Below, piece after piece: positions 54,430-64,000 of a DNA stretch of 64,000 nucleotides. The notes beneath the pieces were generated by a model. It was not told the origin of the DNA, did no database searches, and saw only the letters and a program-made list of their open reading frames with translations. The translations under genes were made by a program, and so were the position numbers. This DNA comes from Comamonadaceae bacterium (GTDB taxonomy: Bacteria > Pseudomonadota > Gammaproteobacteria > Burkholderiales > Burkholderiaceae_C): contig JANOQJ010000088.1 of NCBI GenBank assembly GCA_031414805.1, forward strand, positions 12,882-76,881, written 5' to 3'. Positions within the stretch are counted from its first letter, which is position 1. Every line of letters starts with the position of its first letter.

Positions 54430-56310
54430 TCAGTCGGCTTGCGCCAATGCCGGTTGGCCGTCCGGGCGCCATACCGTACCAATCGACACGCTCTTGAGTT
54501 TCTTTTGCCGGCCGTACCACAGGTTGACCAGTCCGCGTGAAAAGAACACGGCCGAGAACATGGAGGTCAGAATGCCCAGGCAATGCACCACCGCAAAGCC
54601 ACGCACGGCACCGGAGCCAAAGGCCAGCAAGGCCAGGCCCGCAATCAGGGTGGTGATGTTGGAGTCCAGAATCGTTGCCCAGGCCCGGTCATACCCGGTG
54701 TGAATCGCAGCCTGCGGTGCTGCCCCGTTGCGCAACTCTTCCCGCACCCGCTCGTTGATCAAGACGTTCGCGTCAATGGCCATTCCCAGCACCAGCGCAA
54801 TCGCGGCCATTCCCGGCAGTGTCAGCGTTGCCTGCAACATTGACAACACCGCCACCAGGAGCAACAAGTTAAAGCCCAAAGCTATGCTGGAGAACATACC
54901 AAACAGCATGTAGTACAGGCACATGAACACGGCCACTGCCAGAAAACCGTAGCTCACACTGCGAAAGCCTTTGTCGATGTTTTCAGCGCCCAGGCTGGGA
55001 CCAATCACCCGCTCTTCAATGATTTCCATCGGCGCGGCCAGGGAGCCTGCGCGCAGCAGCAGGGCCAGATCGTTGGCCTCGCTCACCGTCATGGAGCCAG
55101 AGATTTGAAAACGGTTGCCCAGTTCGCTTTGAATCACCGGGGCGGTCAAGACTTCGGCTTTTTTCTTCTCGATCAGCAAAATCGCCATACGCTTTTTGAT
55201 GTTTTCGCGGCTGGTATCACGCATGATGCGACCACCCTTGGCATCCACCGTCAGGTCGACCTTGGGCTGCTGGGTTTGTGAGTCAAAGCCGGGTTGGGCA
55301 TCCGAGAGACTGTCGCCGGTCAGGATGATCTGTTTTTTCACAATCACCGGGCGGCCGTCGCGCTCCAGAAAACGCTCCGAGCCAAACGGCACCGGACCGC
55401 GGCCACTTTCCGCCTCGCGGCCCTCACTGCTTTCGTCGACCAGACGCATCTCCAGCGTCGCGGTACGACCAATGATGTCTTTCACTTTGGCGGGGTCTTG
55501 AATGCCCGGCAATTGAATGACGATGCGATCCGCGCCCTGCTGTTGAATCACCGGCTCGGCCACGCCCAGTTCATTGATGCGGTTGTGCAGGGTTGTGATG
55601 TTTTGCTTGAGTGACTGCTCTTGCAGCAAGCGAGCCGACTCGGGCTTGATGGTGAGCTTCAGGCGGAAGTCTTCCTGGCCTGGCACCTCCACGGCTTGCA
55701 GATCAGCAAACTGGTCGCTCACCAGGTTGCGGATTGCGTTACGGGTGGTGGCGTCTTTGGCGCGGACCTCGATGCTTTGCCCGTCGGTGCTCAAGCCACC
55801 ATGGCGGATGTTTTTCTCGCGCAAGGCACTGCGCAAATCACCTTCAAACGTTCGCACCCGCTTGACCAGCGCAGCCGACAAATCCACCTGCATCACGATG
55901 TGTACGCCGCCGCGCAAGTCCAAACCCAGGTACATGGGGAACGCATGCAGCGACGACAACCACTTGGGCGACAGCGACACGAGGTTTAACGCCACAACGT
56001 AACGCGCTTCGTCTTTGTTGGGCACTAACTCCTTTTCGATGGCGTCGCGTGCCCTGCTTTGCGTGTCGGGCGTGTCGAACCGGGCTTTCACGCCGGTGCT
56101 GTCCACCGCGACAGAAACCGGTTTGATGCTGGCGGCGGCCAAGGCCTTTTCGACCCGGGACATGGTTTCTTCATCAACCTTGACGTTCGACTTGATGGCC
56201 GAGATTTGCACCGCCGGTGCTTCACCAAAAAAATTGGGCAGTGTGTACAACGCCCCAATAATCAGCGCAAAAACAATAACGGCGTATTTCCAGACGGGGT
56301 ATCGATTCAT
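54430..56310 (-). CDS. secD: protein translocase subunit SecD
   Basis: MNRYPVWKY start and a large periplasmic domain. LGLDLRGG motif. Confidence 0.93.
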   Translation of the reverse strand: MNRYPVWKYAVIVFALIIGALYTLPNFFGEAPAVQISAIKSNVKVDEETMSRVEKALAAASIKPVSVAVDSTGVKARFDTPDTQSRARDAIEKELVPNKDEARYVVALNLVSLSPKWLSSLHAFPMYLGLDLRGGVHIVMQVDLSAALVKRVRTFEGDLRSALREKNIRHGGLSTDGQSIEVRAKDATTRNAIRNLVSDQFADLQAVEVPGQEDFRLKLTIKPESARLLQEQSLKQNITTLHNRINELGVAEPVIQQQGADRIVIQLPGIQDPAKVKDIIGRTATLEMRLVDESSEGREAESGRGPVPFGSERFLERDGRPVIVKKQIILTGDSLSDAQPGFDSQTQQPKVDLTVDAKGGRIMRDTSRENIKKRMAILLIEKKKAEVLTAPVIQSELGNRFQISGSMTVSEANDLALLLRAGSLAAPMEIIEERVIGPSLGAENIDKGFRSVSYGFLAVAVFMCLYYMLFGMFSSIALGFNLLLLVAVLSMLQATLTLPGMAAIALVLGMAIDANVLINERVREELRNGAAPQAAIHTGYDRAWATILDSNITTLIAGLALLAFGSGAVRGFAVVHCLGILTSMFSAVFFSRGLVNLWYGRQKKLKSVSIGTVWRPDGQPALAQAD

Positions 56311-56333
56311 GGTGGGCGGTGATCCAAAGGGGC

Positions 56334-56666
56334 TTACTTGATGGTGCCTTTGGGCAGCACCTGAACCACGGCACTGCGTTGCACTTGCACTTCGACACTG
56401 CCGGCAATTTCCACCGACACATACATATCACCCAGCTTGCTGACTTTGCCCAGCATGCCGCCAGAGGTGACGATTTCGTCGCCTTTGGCCAGGGCGTCGA
56501 TCATGGACCGGTGCTCTTTCTGGCGCTTCATTTGGGGGCGGATCATCACGAAATACAGCACCACAAACATCAGCACCAGCGGCAACATGCTCATCAAAGA
56601 CGATTGCATGCCGCCTTCGGGGGCAGCGGCGGGGGCGGTTTGGGCGTAGGCAGAGGAAATCAACAC
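56334..56666 (-). CDS. yajC: preprotein translocase subunit YajC
   Basis: LPLVLMFVVLYFVMIRPQMKRQKEH motif. GTG 56666 is preceded by GGAG. The ORF extends to 56708, so the start is uncertain. Confidence 0.85.
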   Translation of the reverse strand: MLISSAYAQTAPAAAPEGGMQSSLMSMLPLVLMFVVLYFVMIRPQMKRQKEHRSMIDALAKGDEIVTSGGMLGKVSKLGDMYVSVEIAGSVEVQVQRSAVVQVLPKGTIK

Positions 56667-56778
56667 GGACACTCCAGGCAGGCAGGGCTGCGAACAGACA
56701 CACAACAATGAGCCGCGGATTGTATGCGTCGCATCGCCCGCCGACGCGATTACATGAAGTCACAACAAACCACATGTT

Positions 56779-56836
56779 GCTATTATTTATATAGCTGTTT
56801 GAGCAGTTTCCACAAGGGCTGAAGGCACTTTTAGCC
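56779..56836 (+). repeat. structured ~60-nt repeat, abuts the stop codon of the oxidoreductase gene
   Basis: gctattatttatatagctgtttgagcagtttccacaagggctgaaggcacttttagcc. Confidence 0.85.
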
Positions 56837-59800
56837 TCAAGCGGCCTGTTTTTCCGTGTTTTGCGTCGTTTGCCACTGCTGCACCAACTGGGTCCAACGC
56901 TGGCGTGCCGCCACCAGGTTGCGCTCCTTCACATGTCCAAAACCGCGAATCTGCTCGGGAATCCGGGCGATGTCGATGGCGATCGCATGGTTGTGGGCTG
57001 CCAGCCCCGGCAGCACCGCGGCGATGCTCTGGCGGTACTCTTCAATCAGCGCCCGCTCCATACGGCGCTCATCGGTTTTGCCAAACATGTCCAGCGCTGT
57101 GCCGCGCAAGACTTTGAGCGGCGCCAGGAAACGAAAAGCCACGCGCATCCAAGGGCCAAATTTAGACTTTTGCAGTTCGCCCTTGTCGTTTTTCTTGGCA
57201 ATCAGCGGCGGGGCGAGGTGGTAGTTCAGCTTGTAGTCACCCTCAAACATGTTGCTGATCTTGTCGTGGAAGCTACGGTCGGTGTGCAGACGGGCCACTT
57301 CGTATTCGTCTTTGTAGGCCATCAGTTTGAACAGGTAGCGGGCCACGGACTCGGTCAGTACCGTTTTACCGAGCGGTGCCTCGGCGAGGCGCACCTGCTC
57401 GACGAAGGCTTGGTAAGTCTGCGCGTAGGTGGCGTTTTGATAAGCCGTCAAGAACTCGACGCGTCGGGCCACCAGGCTATCCACTGTTTCGCGTTTCTTG
57501 AATTCGATCACCTGCGCGCCCGCGCCATTGACCAGGCTTTGCACCGATGGCAAATCGTGCGCGGCGCGGCGACCCCAGGCAAACGCCGCCTTGTTTTGCT
57601 CAATGGCCACGGCATTCAGCTCAATGGCCAGCGTCAAAGATTCAAAGCCTAACGGTACCCAGCCTTTTTGCCACGCGTAGCCCAGCAGCATGGGGTTGGT
57701 GTAAATGCTGTCACCCATCAGCTTGGTTGCAGCACCATCGGCATCAAACAGGCCCGTCGCGTCGGCACCGACGGCTTGCGCAATGGAGGCGGCGCAGGCG
57801 TCAGCTGGGTTGTTCCAGTTGGCGTTTTTCACAAATGCCGCCGTGGGCGTGCTGTGGGTGTTCAGCGCCACATGGGTGCGGCCCGCGCGCATGCGAAGCA
57901 GGGTTTCTTTGCCAGCCGCCACCAACGGATCGCAGCCAATGATGAGGTCGGCCGCCGCCATACTGACCCGGGTGGTGCGAATGGCGTCCGCATCGTCGCC
58001 AATCAACACATGGCTCCAGGTGGCACCGCCTTTTTGCGCCAGACCACCCGCGTCTTGCGTGACCACGCCTTTGCCTTCCAGGTGCGCGGCCACGCCCAGT
58101 AGCTGGCCAATGGTGATGACGCCGGTGCCGCCCACACCTGCCACCACAATGCCCCACACGGTTTGGCCGGCGGTTTGCGGAATCACCGGATCGGGCAACT
58201 CACCCAAGCTGAAAGGCGACGGCACTTGCGCCTTGGCCTTCTTTTTGAGCTGCCCGCCCTCCACGGTGACAAAGCTGGGGCAAAAGCCTTTAACGCAGCT
58301 GATGTCTTTGTTGCAGGTGCTCTGGTTGATGGTGCGCTTGCGGCCAAACTCGGTTTCAAGCGGCTCCACAGACAAGCAGTTGGACTGCACCCCGCAGTCG
58401 CCGCAGCCCTCGCACACCAGCTCGTTGATCACCACGCGTTTGGCCGGATCCACCATCGTGCCGCGCTTGCGGCGGCGGCGCTTTTCGGTGGCGCAGGTCT
58501 GGTCGTAAATGATGCAGGTCGTGCCTTTGATCTCGCGGAACTGCTTTTGAATCGCGTCCAGCTCGTCGCGGTGGTGCACGGTCACCCCAGCGGCCAGCGC
58601 CACGCCTTCATATTTTTCGGGCTCGTCGGTCACCACAACGGTTTTCATAGCGCCTTCCGCCAGCAGGCTCTGGGCGATCTGTACAACCGAGTGACCTTCA
58701 GGCCGCTCGCCGACTTGTTGGCCACCCGTCATGGCCACGGCATCGTTGTACAGAATCTTGTAAGTGATGTTCACGCCCGCCGCAATCGCCTGGCGAATCG
58801 CCAGCAGGCCGCTGTGAAAGTAGGTGCCGTCGCCCAGGTTGGCAAAAATGTGCTGGTCGGTGGTGAACGGCTGCTGGCCCACCCAGGGCACGCCCTCGCC
58901 GCCCATTTGCGTAAAGCCCACCGTGCTGCGGTCCATCCACGTGGCCATGAAGTGACAGCCGATGCCGGCCATGGCGCGCGAGCCCTCGGGCACCTTGGTG
59001 CTGGTGTTGTGCGGGCAACCGGAGCAAAACCACGGTTGGCGGTCTGCGCCTTGCACGCCGCCCAGTTGCAGCGTTTGCATGGACGTTTCTTTGGCTTGCA
59101 GGATGGCTAGCTGCGCATCGATACGCGCCGCCATGTCGCCACCAACCCCCAGCTTTTTCAGGCGCTGGGCAATGGCTTTGGCAATGATGGCGGGCGACAG
59201 GTCGGCGTTCGCGCGCAGCAGGGTGTTGGCGGTGGGGTTGGCCATCGACCACTCGCCACCCTCCGCTTCGTCAAACTTGCCCAGCACATTGGGGCGCACG
59301 TCGGCGCGCCAGTTGTACAGCTCTTCTTTCAGTTGGTACTCAATAACCTGGCGCTTTTCTTCCACCACCAGAATCTCGCGCAGCCCGGTCGCAAATTCGC
59401 GTGTGCCCTGCGCCTCCAGCGGCCAGACCACGCCCACCTTGTGCAGCCGAATGCCGAGCTGGCGGCAGGCGTCGTCGTCCAGGCCCAGGTCGATCAAGGC
59501 CTGGCGGGTGTCGTTGTAAGCCTTGCCGCTGGCGATCAGGCCGAAGCGGTCGTTCGGGCCTTCCACCACGTTGTAGTTCAATCGGTTGGCGCGGATGTAG
59601 GCCAGCGCGGCATACCACTTGTAGTCAAACAGTCGCGCTTCCTGCTCCAGCGCATGGTCGGGCCAGCGAATGTGCAGGCCGCCAGGCGGCATCTGAAAAT
59701 CGGCGGGGATCTTGATCTGCACTCGATGCGGATCAATCATGGCCGTGGCGCTGGATTCCACGATTTCCTGAATCGTCTTCATGCCCGCCCACACGCCTGA

Positions 59801-60412
59801 AAACCGGCTCATCGCAAACGCGTGAATGCCCAGATCCAGAATCTCCTGCACGGTCGCCGGAAAGAACACAGGCAAGCCACAGGCCTTGAAAATGTGATCG
59901 CTCTGGTGGGCAGCTGTGGAGCTTTTGGAGACGTGGTCGTCGCCCGCCACCGCAATCACGCCGCCCCACTCGGTGGTGCCTGCCATGTTGGCGTGCTTGA
60001 ACACATCGGAGCAGCGGTCAACGCCCGGGCCTTTGCCGTACCAGATGCCGAACACACCGTCGTACTTATTGGTACCCGGCGGCGAAAAACCCAGTTGCTG
60101 CGTGCCCCACAAGGCGGTAGCGGCCAGCTCCTCGTTCACACCCGGCTGAAACACGATGTGCTGCGCTTTGAGGTACTTGGCTGCTTTCCACAGCGACTGG
60201 TCATAGCCGCCCAAGGGTGAGCCCCGGTAGCCGCTGATGAAGCCCGCTGTGTTTTTGCCCTGCAGCGCATCGCGCTGACGCTGCAGCATGGGCAGCTTGA
60301 CCAGCGCCTGCACGCCACTCATGAAGGCCCGGCCGTAGTCCAGGCTGTATTTATCGTCCAGCGTGACGGTTTCCAGCGCTTTGCGAATGTGCTCGGGCAG
60401 AGGGGCGTTCAT
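56837..60412 (-). CDS. indolepyruvate ferredoxin oxidoreductase family protein (fused alpha/beta)
   Basis: TPP-binding region GDGTYFHSG and 4Fe-4S motif CEGCGDCGVQSNC. ATG 60412 (MNAPLPEH). Confidence 0.85.
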   Translation of the reverse strand: MNAPLPEHIRKALETVTLDDKYSLDYGRAFMSGVQALVKLPMLQRQRDALQGKNTAGFISGYRGSPLGGYDQSLWKAAKYLKAQHIVFQPGVNEELAATALWGTQQLGFSPPGTNKYDGVFGIWYGKGPGVDRCSDVFKHANMAGTTEWGGVIAVAGDDHVSKSSTAAHQSDHIFKACGLPVFFPATVQEILDLGIHAFAMSRFSGVWAGMKTIQEIVESSATAMIDPHRVQIKIPADFQMPPGGLHIRWPDHALEQEARLFDYKWYAALAYIRANRLNYNVVEGPNDRFGLIASGKAYNDTRQALIDLGLDDDACRQLGIRLHKVGVVWPLEAQGTREFATGLREILVVEEKRQVIEYQLKEELYNWRADVRPNVLGKFDEAEGGEWSMANPTANTLLRANADLSPAIIAKAIAQRLKKLGVGGDMAARIDAQLAILQAKETSMQTLQLGGVQGADRQPWFCSGCPHNTSTKVPEGSRAMAGIGCHFMATWMDRSTVGFTQMGGEGVPWVGQQPFTTDQHIFANLGDGTYFHSGLLAIRQAIAAGVNITYKILYNDAVAMTGGQQVGERPEGHSVVQIAQSLLAEGAMKTVVVTDEPEKYEGVALAAGVTVHHRDELDAIQKQFREIKGTTCIIYDQTCATEKRRRRKRGTMVDPAKRVVINELVCEGCGDCGVQSNCLSVEPLETEFGRKRTINQSTCNKDISCVKGFCPSFVTVEGGQLKKKAKAQVPSPFSLGELPDPVIPQTAGQTVWGIVVAGVGGTGVITIGQLLGVAAHLEGKGVVTQDAGGLAQKGGATWSHVLIGDDADAIRTTRVSMAAADLIIGCDPLVAAGKETLLRMRAGRTHVALNTHSTPTAAFVKNANWNNPADACAASIAQAVGADATGLFDADGAATKLMGDSIYTNPMLLGYAWQKGWVPLGFESLTLAIELNAVAIEQNKAAFAWGRRAAHDLPSVQSLVNGAGAQVIEFKKRETVDSLVARRVEFLTAYQNATYAQTYQAFVEQVRLAEAPLGKTVLTESVARYLFKLMAYKDEYEVARLHTDRSFHDKISNMFEGDYKLNYHLAPPLIAKKNDKGELQKSKFGPWMRVAFRFLAPLKVLRGTALDMFGKTDERRMERALIEEYRQSIAAVLPGLAAHNHAIAIDIARIPEQIRGFGHVKERNLVAARQRWTQLVQQWQTTQNTEKQAA

Positions 60413-60686
60413 GGTGGGCTCCGGTTGGGTGCTTGACTCTAGGCGGTCGCAAAGTGTAGGTCGGCATAACGGATCAGTCATTGCGTTTTATGCCGATTTA
60501 CCCAGTCGTGAGGAAAGCTTGTTGCCGACAACGCCTCAGGTGAGGTGGAAAACATTCCTGTTTTGACACGCAAGACATCTCGGTCACCGCCAACCCCTGA
60601 TCTCACTTGGTTTTGTGACGATTCACAGCTTCGTCACATACGCGCTGAATGATGTGTGGCTTTTTGTTAATTTTTTGGAGCAACCC

Positions 60687-63110
60687 ATGAGCGAATCCAC
60701 GATGAACAATGCCATTTCTTTGGCCGATCCAGACGATCTGGACAACAACACCAGCGGCAACCCACACATGAATGACGTGCTGGCCGCGCGTATGCACCGC
60801 CGTTTCGTCCTCAAGGGCGGCGTGGGTGCGATGTCGATGGCCGGTTTGGGCTCTTTGGGCCTGGCCGCTTGCGGTGGCGGCGACGACACTGTTGTGACTG
60901 CACCCGCACCCGCCGCTGCCGCGCCAACCTTCGAAGGCCTGCTGAAATTCAATGCAGTCAACAAATCCATTGCCGACCGCGTAATCGTTCCCGAAGGCTA
61001 CACAGCCACCGTGGTTTACGCGCTGGGCGATTCCATCAGCGCTTCCGTCACCGACTACAAAAATGATGGCACCGACGACAACTTTGCACGCCGGGCCGGC
61101 GACCACCACGATGGTATTCACTACTTTGGCCTGAGCGCCACCGGTACGCCCAGCATCACGGCCAACGACCGCGCCCTGCTGGTGATGAACCATGAAAACA
61201 TTTCTGGCACCGTGCAATTCATGCACGCCAATGGCCAGACCAATACCGCTGCCACCGCCGGCCCACGTCCAGAGGCTGAAGTTGTCAAAGAAATGGATGC
61301 CCACGGCGTGTCCGTCGTCGAGATCGCCAAGTCCGCCACTGGTTTCAGTTATCTCAAGTCGTCCCCGTTCAACCGCCGCATCACCGCCTCCACGCTGATG
61401 GACTTGAACGGTCCTGCGCGCGGTACCAATTTCGTCAAGACACGCTTTTCGCCCGCTGGCACGCAAACCCGCGGCACGGTGAACAACTGCGGTAACGGCT
61501 ACACACCTTGGGGCACCTACCTGACGGCTGAAGAAAACTGGGCGGGCTATTTCCTGCGCGGTGCCGATGCAGCTGTGCGCACCCAAAAAGACAACACGGC
61601 CCACCTGCGCAACGGCATTCGCGGCCCGATTGCACCGTCGACCACCCCGGTTTCGGGCTTTGCCCACCAGCGTTGGGCCAGCGTGGTGCCAGCTGATGCC
61701 ACCAGTACCATGTTCAGCCGCTGGGACATGACAGCCGTGGCCACCAACTCAGCTGATGGCACGGGGGACTTCCGCAACGCGCCAAACACTTTCGGCTACA
61801 TCGTTGAAATTGATCCGTACGACGTGAACTCCACGCCCATCAAGCGCACGGCCCTGGGCCGCCGCGCCAACGAAGGCGCATGGCCAAGTAACCCCGTAGT
61901 GGGCCAACCTCTGGCTTTCTACATGGGCTGCGATTCGCGCGGCGAGTACATCTACAAGTTTGTATCGAAAAAGACTTGGTTGGCTGCCGATGCAAACCGC
62001 ACTGACCGCCTTCGCGTGGGCAACGAGTACATGGACGAAGGCACGATTTACGCTGCCCGCTTCAACGCCAACGGCACCGGCACTTGGGTCAAACTCGATT
62101 TGACCAACCCTGATGTGGTCGCTGGCGTGCCCGTGAGCACCCTGAACCCTGAAGGCTACAAGTTCGACAGCCTGGCTGACATTTGCGTGAACACCCGCCT
62201 GGCGGCTGACGCCGCCAAGGCCACCCGCATGGATCGCCCCGAATGGACTGCTGTAGCCCCGAATGGCGAGATCTACATCACTTGTACCGAGAACCCAGAC
62301 CGCGGCAATACCGCCGCCACGTCAATCTCCGGCAACAACTTCAACAACCCCGATGTAGACCCCGCCAATCCACGCTACTGGCTGGACAGCAAAGGCATCA
62401 CCACGCAAAACGCAGCGGCCAACCCTAACCAGCGCGGCAACGTGAATGGTCACATCGTGCGCATAAAGGAAACCGGCAACACCGCAGCTGCCGAAACCTT
62501 TGCCTGGGACATCTTCCTGTTCGGCGCACAAGCCAACGCAGACGTGGGTGGCGACAATGTGAACTGGCAGCAAAACGTGAACCTGTCGGGCCTGAGCCCG
62601 CTGAATGATCTGTCCAAGCCCGACGGCATCTGGTTCTCCAAGTCCACCGGCATTTTGTGGATTGAGACTGACGACAACACGTTTACCGACCAGTCCAATG
62701 CCATGCTGTTGGCTGCTATTCCTGGCACGCAAGGCGACGGCGGCCAGGTCACCGTGGTCAACAAGGCCAACGGTAGCCCCAACACCACCGTGACCACGGA
62801 CAAGACCGTAACCACGTTTGCCGGCAAGAAAATGACCGACACCACCTTCAAGCGCTTCATGGTGGCCCCACTGGGCGCCGAGATCACCGGCGTGGCCGAG
62901 TCACCAGACGGCACAGCGCTGTTTGTGAACATCCAGCACCCCGGCGAGAACACCACAGCTGCAGGCTTCACTGCCCGCACCTTCGAAAGCAACTGGCCCG
63001 GAAACGGCGCCGGTCTGGCAGCGCCTTACGGCCCCGGCGGCGCAACAGCCCGCCCACGCTCGGCAACCGTGATGATCACGAAAAACGGCGGCGGCAAAAT
63101 CGGTTTGTGA
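60687..63110 (+). CDS. phoX: PhoX-family (DUF839) secreted phosphatase
   Basis: Twin-arginine signal MHRRFVLKGGVGAM. Beta-propeller PhoX motifs (NCGNGYTPWGTYLTAEEN, RPEW, NIQHPGE). Confidence 0.82.
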   Translation: MSESTMNNAISLADPDDLDNNTSGNPHMNDVLAARMHRRFVLKGGVGAMSMAGLGSLGLAACGGGDDTVVTAPAPAAAAPTFEGLLKFNAVNKSIADRVIVPEGYTATVVYALGDSISASVTDYKNDGTDDNFARRAGDHHDGIHYFGLSATGTPSITANDRALLVMNHENISGTVQFMHANGQTNTAATAGPRPEAEVVKEMDAHGVSVVEIAKSATGFSYLKSSPFNRRITASTLMDLNGPARGTNFVKTRFSPAGTQTRGTVNNCGNGYTPWGTYLTAEENWAGYFLRGADAAVRTQKDNTAHLRNGIRGPIAPSTTPVSGFAHQRWASVVPADATSTMFSRWDMTAVATNSADGTGDFRNAPNTFGYIVEIDPYDVNSTPIKRTALGRRANEGAWPSNPVVGQPLAFYMGCDSRGEYIYKFVSKKTWLAADANRTDRLRVGNEYMDEGTIYAARFNANGTGTWVKLDLTNPDVVAGVPVSTLNPEGYKFDSLADICVNTRLAADAAKATRMDRPEWTAVAPNGEIYITCTENPDRGNTAATSISGNNFNNPDVDPANPRYWLDSKGITTQNAAANPNQRGNVNGHIVRIKETGNTAAAETFAWDIFLFGAQANADVGGDNVNWQQNVNLSGLSPLNDLSKPDGIWFSKSTGILWIETDDNTFTDQSNAMLLAAIPGTQGDGGQVTVVNKANGSPNTTVTTDKTVTTFAGKKMTDTTFKRFMVAPLGAEITGVAESPDGTALFVNIQHPGENTTAAGFTARTFESNWPGNGAGLAAPYGPGGATARPRSATVMITKNGGGKIGL

Positions 63111-63150
63111 TGTGCGCTGAGGGCAGGTCTGGCCTGCCCAGCATTTAAAA

Positions 63151-63176
63151 AGCCCGGCAGTGCCGGGCTTTTTTTG
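63151..63176 (+). terminator. rho-independent terminator downstream of phoX
   Basis: AGCCCGGC-agt-GCCGGGCT stem-loop followed by TTTTTTT. Confidence 0.8.
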
Positions 63177-63197
63177 TATCTGTCAACAGATCATATT

Positions 63198-63262
63198 GCT
63201 ATATTAAACATAGCTGCTTGAGCAGTATTTATAAGGGCTAGCGCCCTATTTCGGCCATAAAA
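63198..63262 (+). repeat. structured ~60-nt repeat, tail encodes the mltA C-terminus and stop
   Basis: gctatattaaacatagctgcttgagcagtatttataagggctagcgccctatttcggccataaaa. Confidence 0.9.
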
Positions 63263-64000
63263 TCCACAATTGCAGCGGCTGCTTGAGTCTGCCCGCCAAC
63301 TCCCCGGCTTGAAAACCCGAGCCGGCGTAGTAGTCGGCTCGCACCGCACCGGTGATCGCGCTACCGGTGTCTTGCGCCAGCACCAGGCGCTGCAGATTGG
63401 CCGTGGGCCCGGTGGTGGCCAGCCACACGGGGGTGCCATAGGGAATGCTGCCCGGGTCGACCGCAATCGAGCGGCCAGCGGTCAGCGGCACACCTTGCGC
63501 CCCGCGCGGGCCCAGCGCGCTGTCTTGCTCGGCAATGGCTTCTTCGCGGAAAAACACCATGCGCGGGTTGACCCACAGCATTTCGTTCACACGTTGCGGG
63601 TTTTGCACCGTCCAGGCCTTGATGCCGGGCCAGGTGGCGTCGCGCACCAGGCCTTGCTGCAAGAGCCAGCTGCCCACGCTGCGGTACGGCTGGTCGTTGG
63701 TGGCGGCAAAGGCCACGCGTACCAGGCGCTGGCTGCCGTCGGCCTCCGTCACGCGCAGGCGGCCCGAGCCTTGAATCTGCAGCACCAGCGCGTCCAGCGG
63801 ATCAGTCACCCAGGCGATTTCGCGTCCGCGCAGTGCAGCCTGCGCCTCGGGCAAGGTGTCCATTTCCTGTCGGGTGTACCAGGGCTTGCGCTGGTTCAGG
63901 TTGGCAGGCGGGCGGTACAGCGGCGCGGTGTGGGTGGCGCTGCGCTGGCGGCTGGCGTCCAGCACCGGCTCGTAGTAACTGGTGAGCAGGCCTTCGGTCG
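63246..64000 (-). CDS. mltA: murein transglycosylase A (N-terminus beyond the window edge)
   Basis: MltA/3D-domain motifs LVLAQDTGSAITGAVRADYYAGSG. The ORF stays open past 63965 to the window end. The last 5 codons and the stop lie in the tail of repeat copy 63198..63262. Confidence 0.85.
   Translation of the reverse strand, partial: TEGLLTSYYEPVLDASRQRSATHTAPLYRPPANLNQRKPWYTRQEMDTLPEAQAALRGREIAWVTDPLDALVLQIQGSGRLRVTEADGSQRLVRVAFAATNDQPYRSVGSWLLQQGLVRDATWPGIKAWTVQNPQRVNEMLWVNPRMVFFREEAIAEQDSALGPRGAQGVPLTAGRSIAVDPGSIPYGTPVWLATTGPTANLQRLVLAQDTGSAITGAVRADYYAGSGFQAGELAGRLKQPLQLWILWPK

Noticed and set aside
60613-60638. Possible Pho box or CRP-like site upstream of phoX (TGTGAC / CTGTGAA half-sites with 11-nt period on the minus strand; TGTGA-N4-TCACA on the plus strand).
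   Set aside because: It gives only about 11/18 matches to the E. coli Pho-box consensus and is oriented opposite to the gene. The CRP-like palindrome has N4 rather than N6 spacing. This is too weak to call.
60603-61667. 354-aa minus-strand ORF overlapping the 5' part of phoX.
   Set aside because: It is antisense to a PhoX ORF with a Tat signal and conserved motifs. It is a GC artefact.

Overview
High-GC chromosomal segment: hand-counted core lines are about 65% GC. Gene order and protein motifs look betaproteobacterial, Burkholderiales/Comamonadaceae-like, but this is inference only. Housekeeping blocks are maeB (partial), lptD-surA-rsmA, rsmE, purC, fba, pyk, pgk, azlCD, fmt-def, lysM-dprA, secDF-yajC, an indolepyruvate:ferredoxin-oxidoreductase-family gene, phoX and mltA (partial). 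Accessory modules sit between them. They are a secreted RNase plus barstar pair, an HNH endonuclease plus C5-cytosine methyltransferase (type II R-M), chrB-chrA, an orphan SWIM zinc-finger protein, an orphan hybrid histidine kinase, and a low-GC DarT-DarG pair with a consensus LexA box in its promoter. The largest is a ~12-kb glycosylation/methylation island wedged between pyk and fba. It holds four SAM methyltransferases, a TPR plus beta-barrel outer-membrane protein, a FecR-domain protein, a GT4, and a 1732-aa TPR-GT41-GT2-GT4 fusion. The most unusual signal is not a gene. A ~60-nt structured repeat (core ATAGCTGCTTGAGCAGTATT) occurs at least 15-16 times, mostly in one orientation. It lies in intergenic gaps, across stop codons, and in frame inside rsmA, chrA, the SWIM gene, fmt and dprA. 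I recognised no rRNA, tRNA, CRISPR array, transposase or integrase. Many long ORFs antisense to real genes are GC-driven artefacts.
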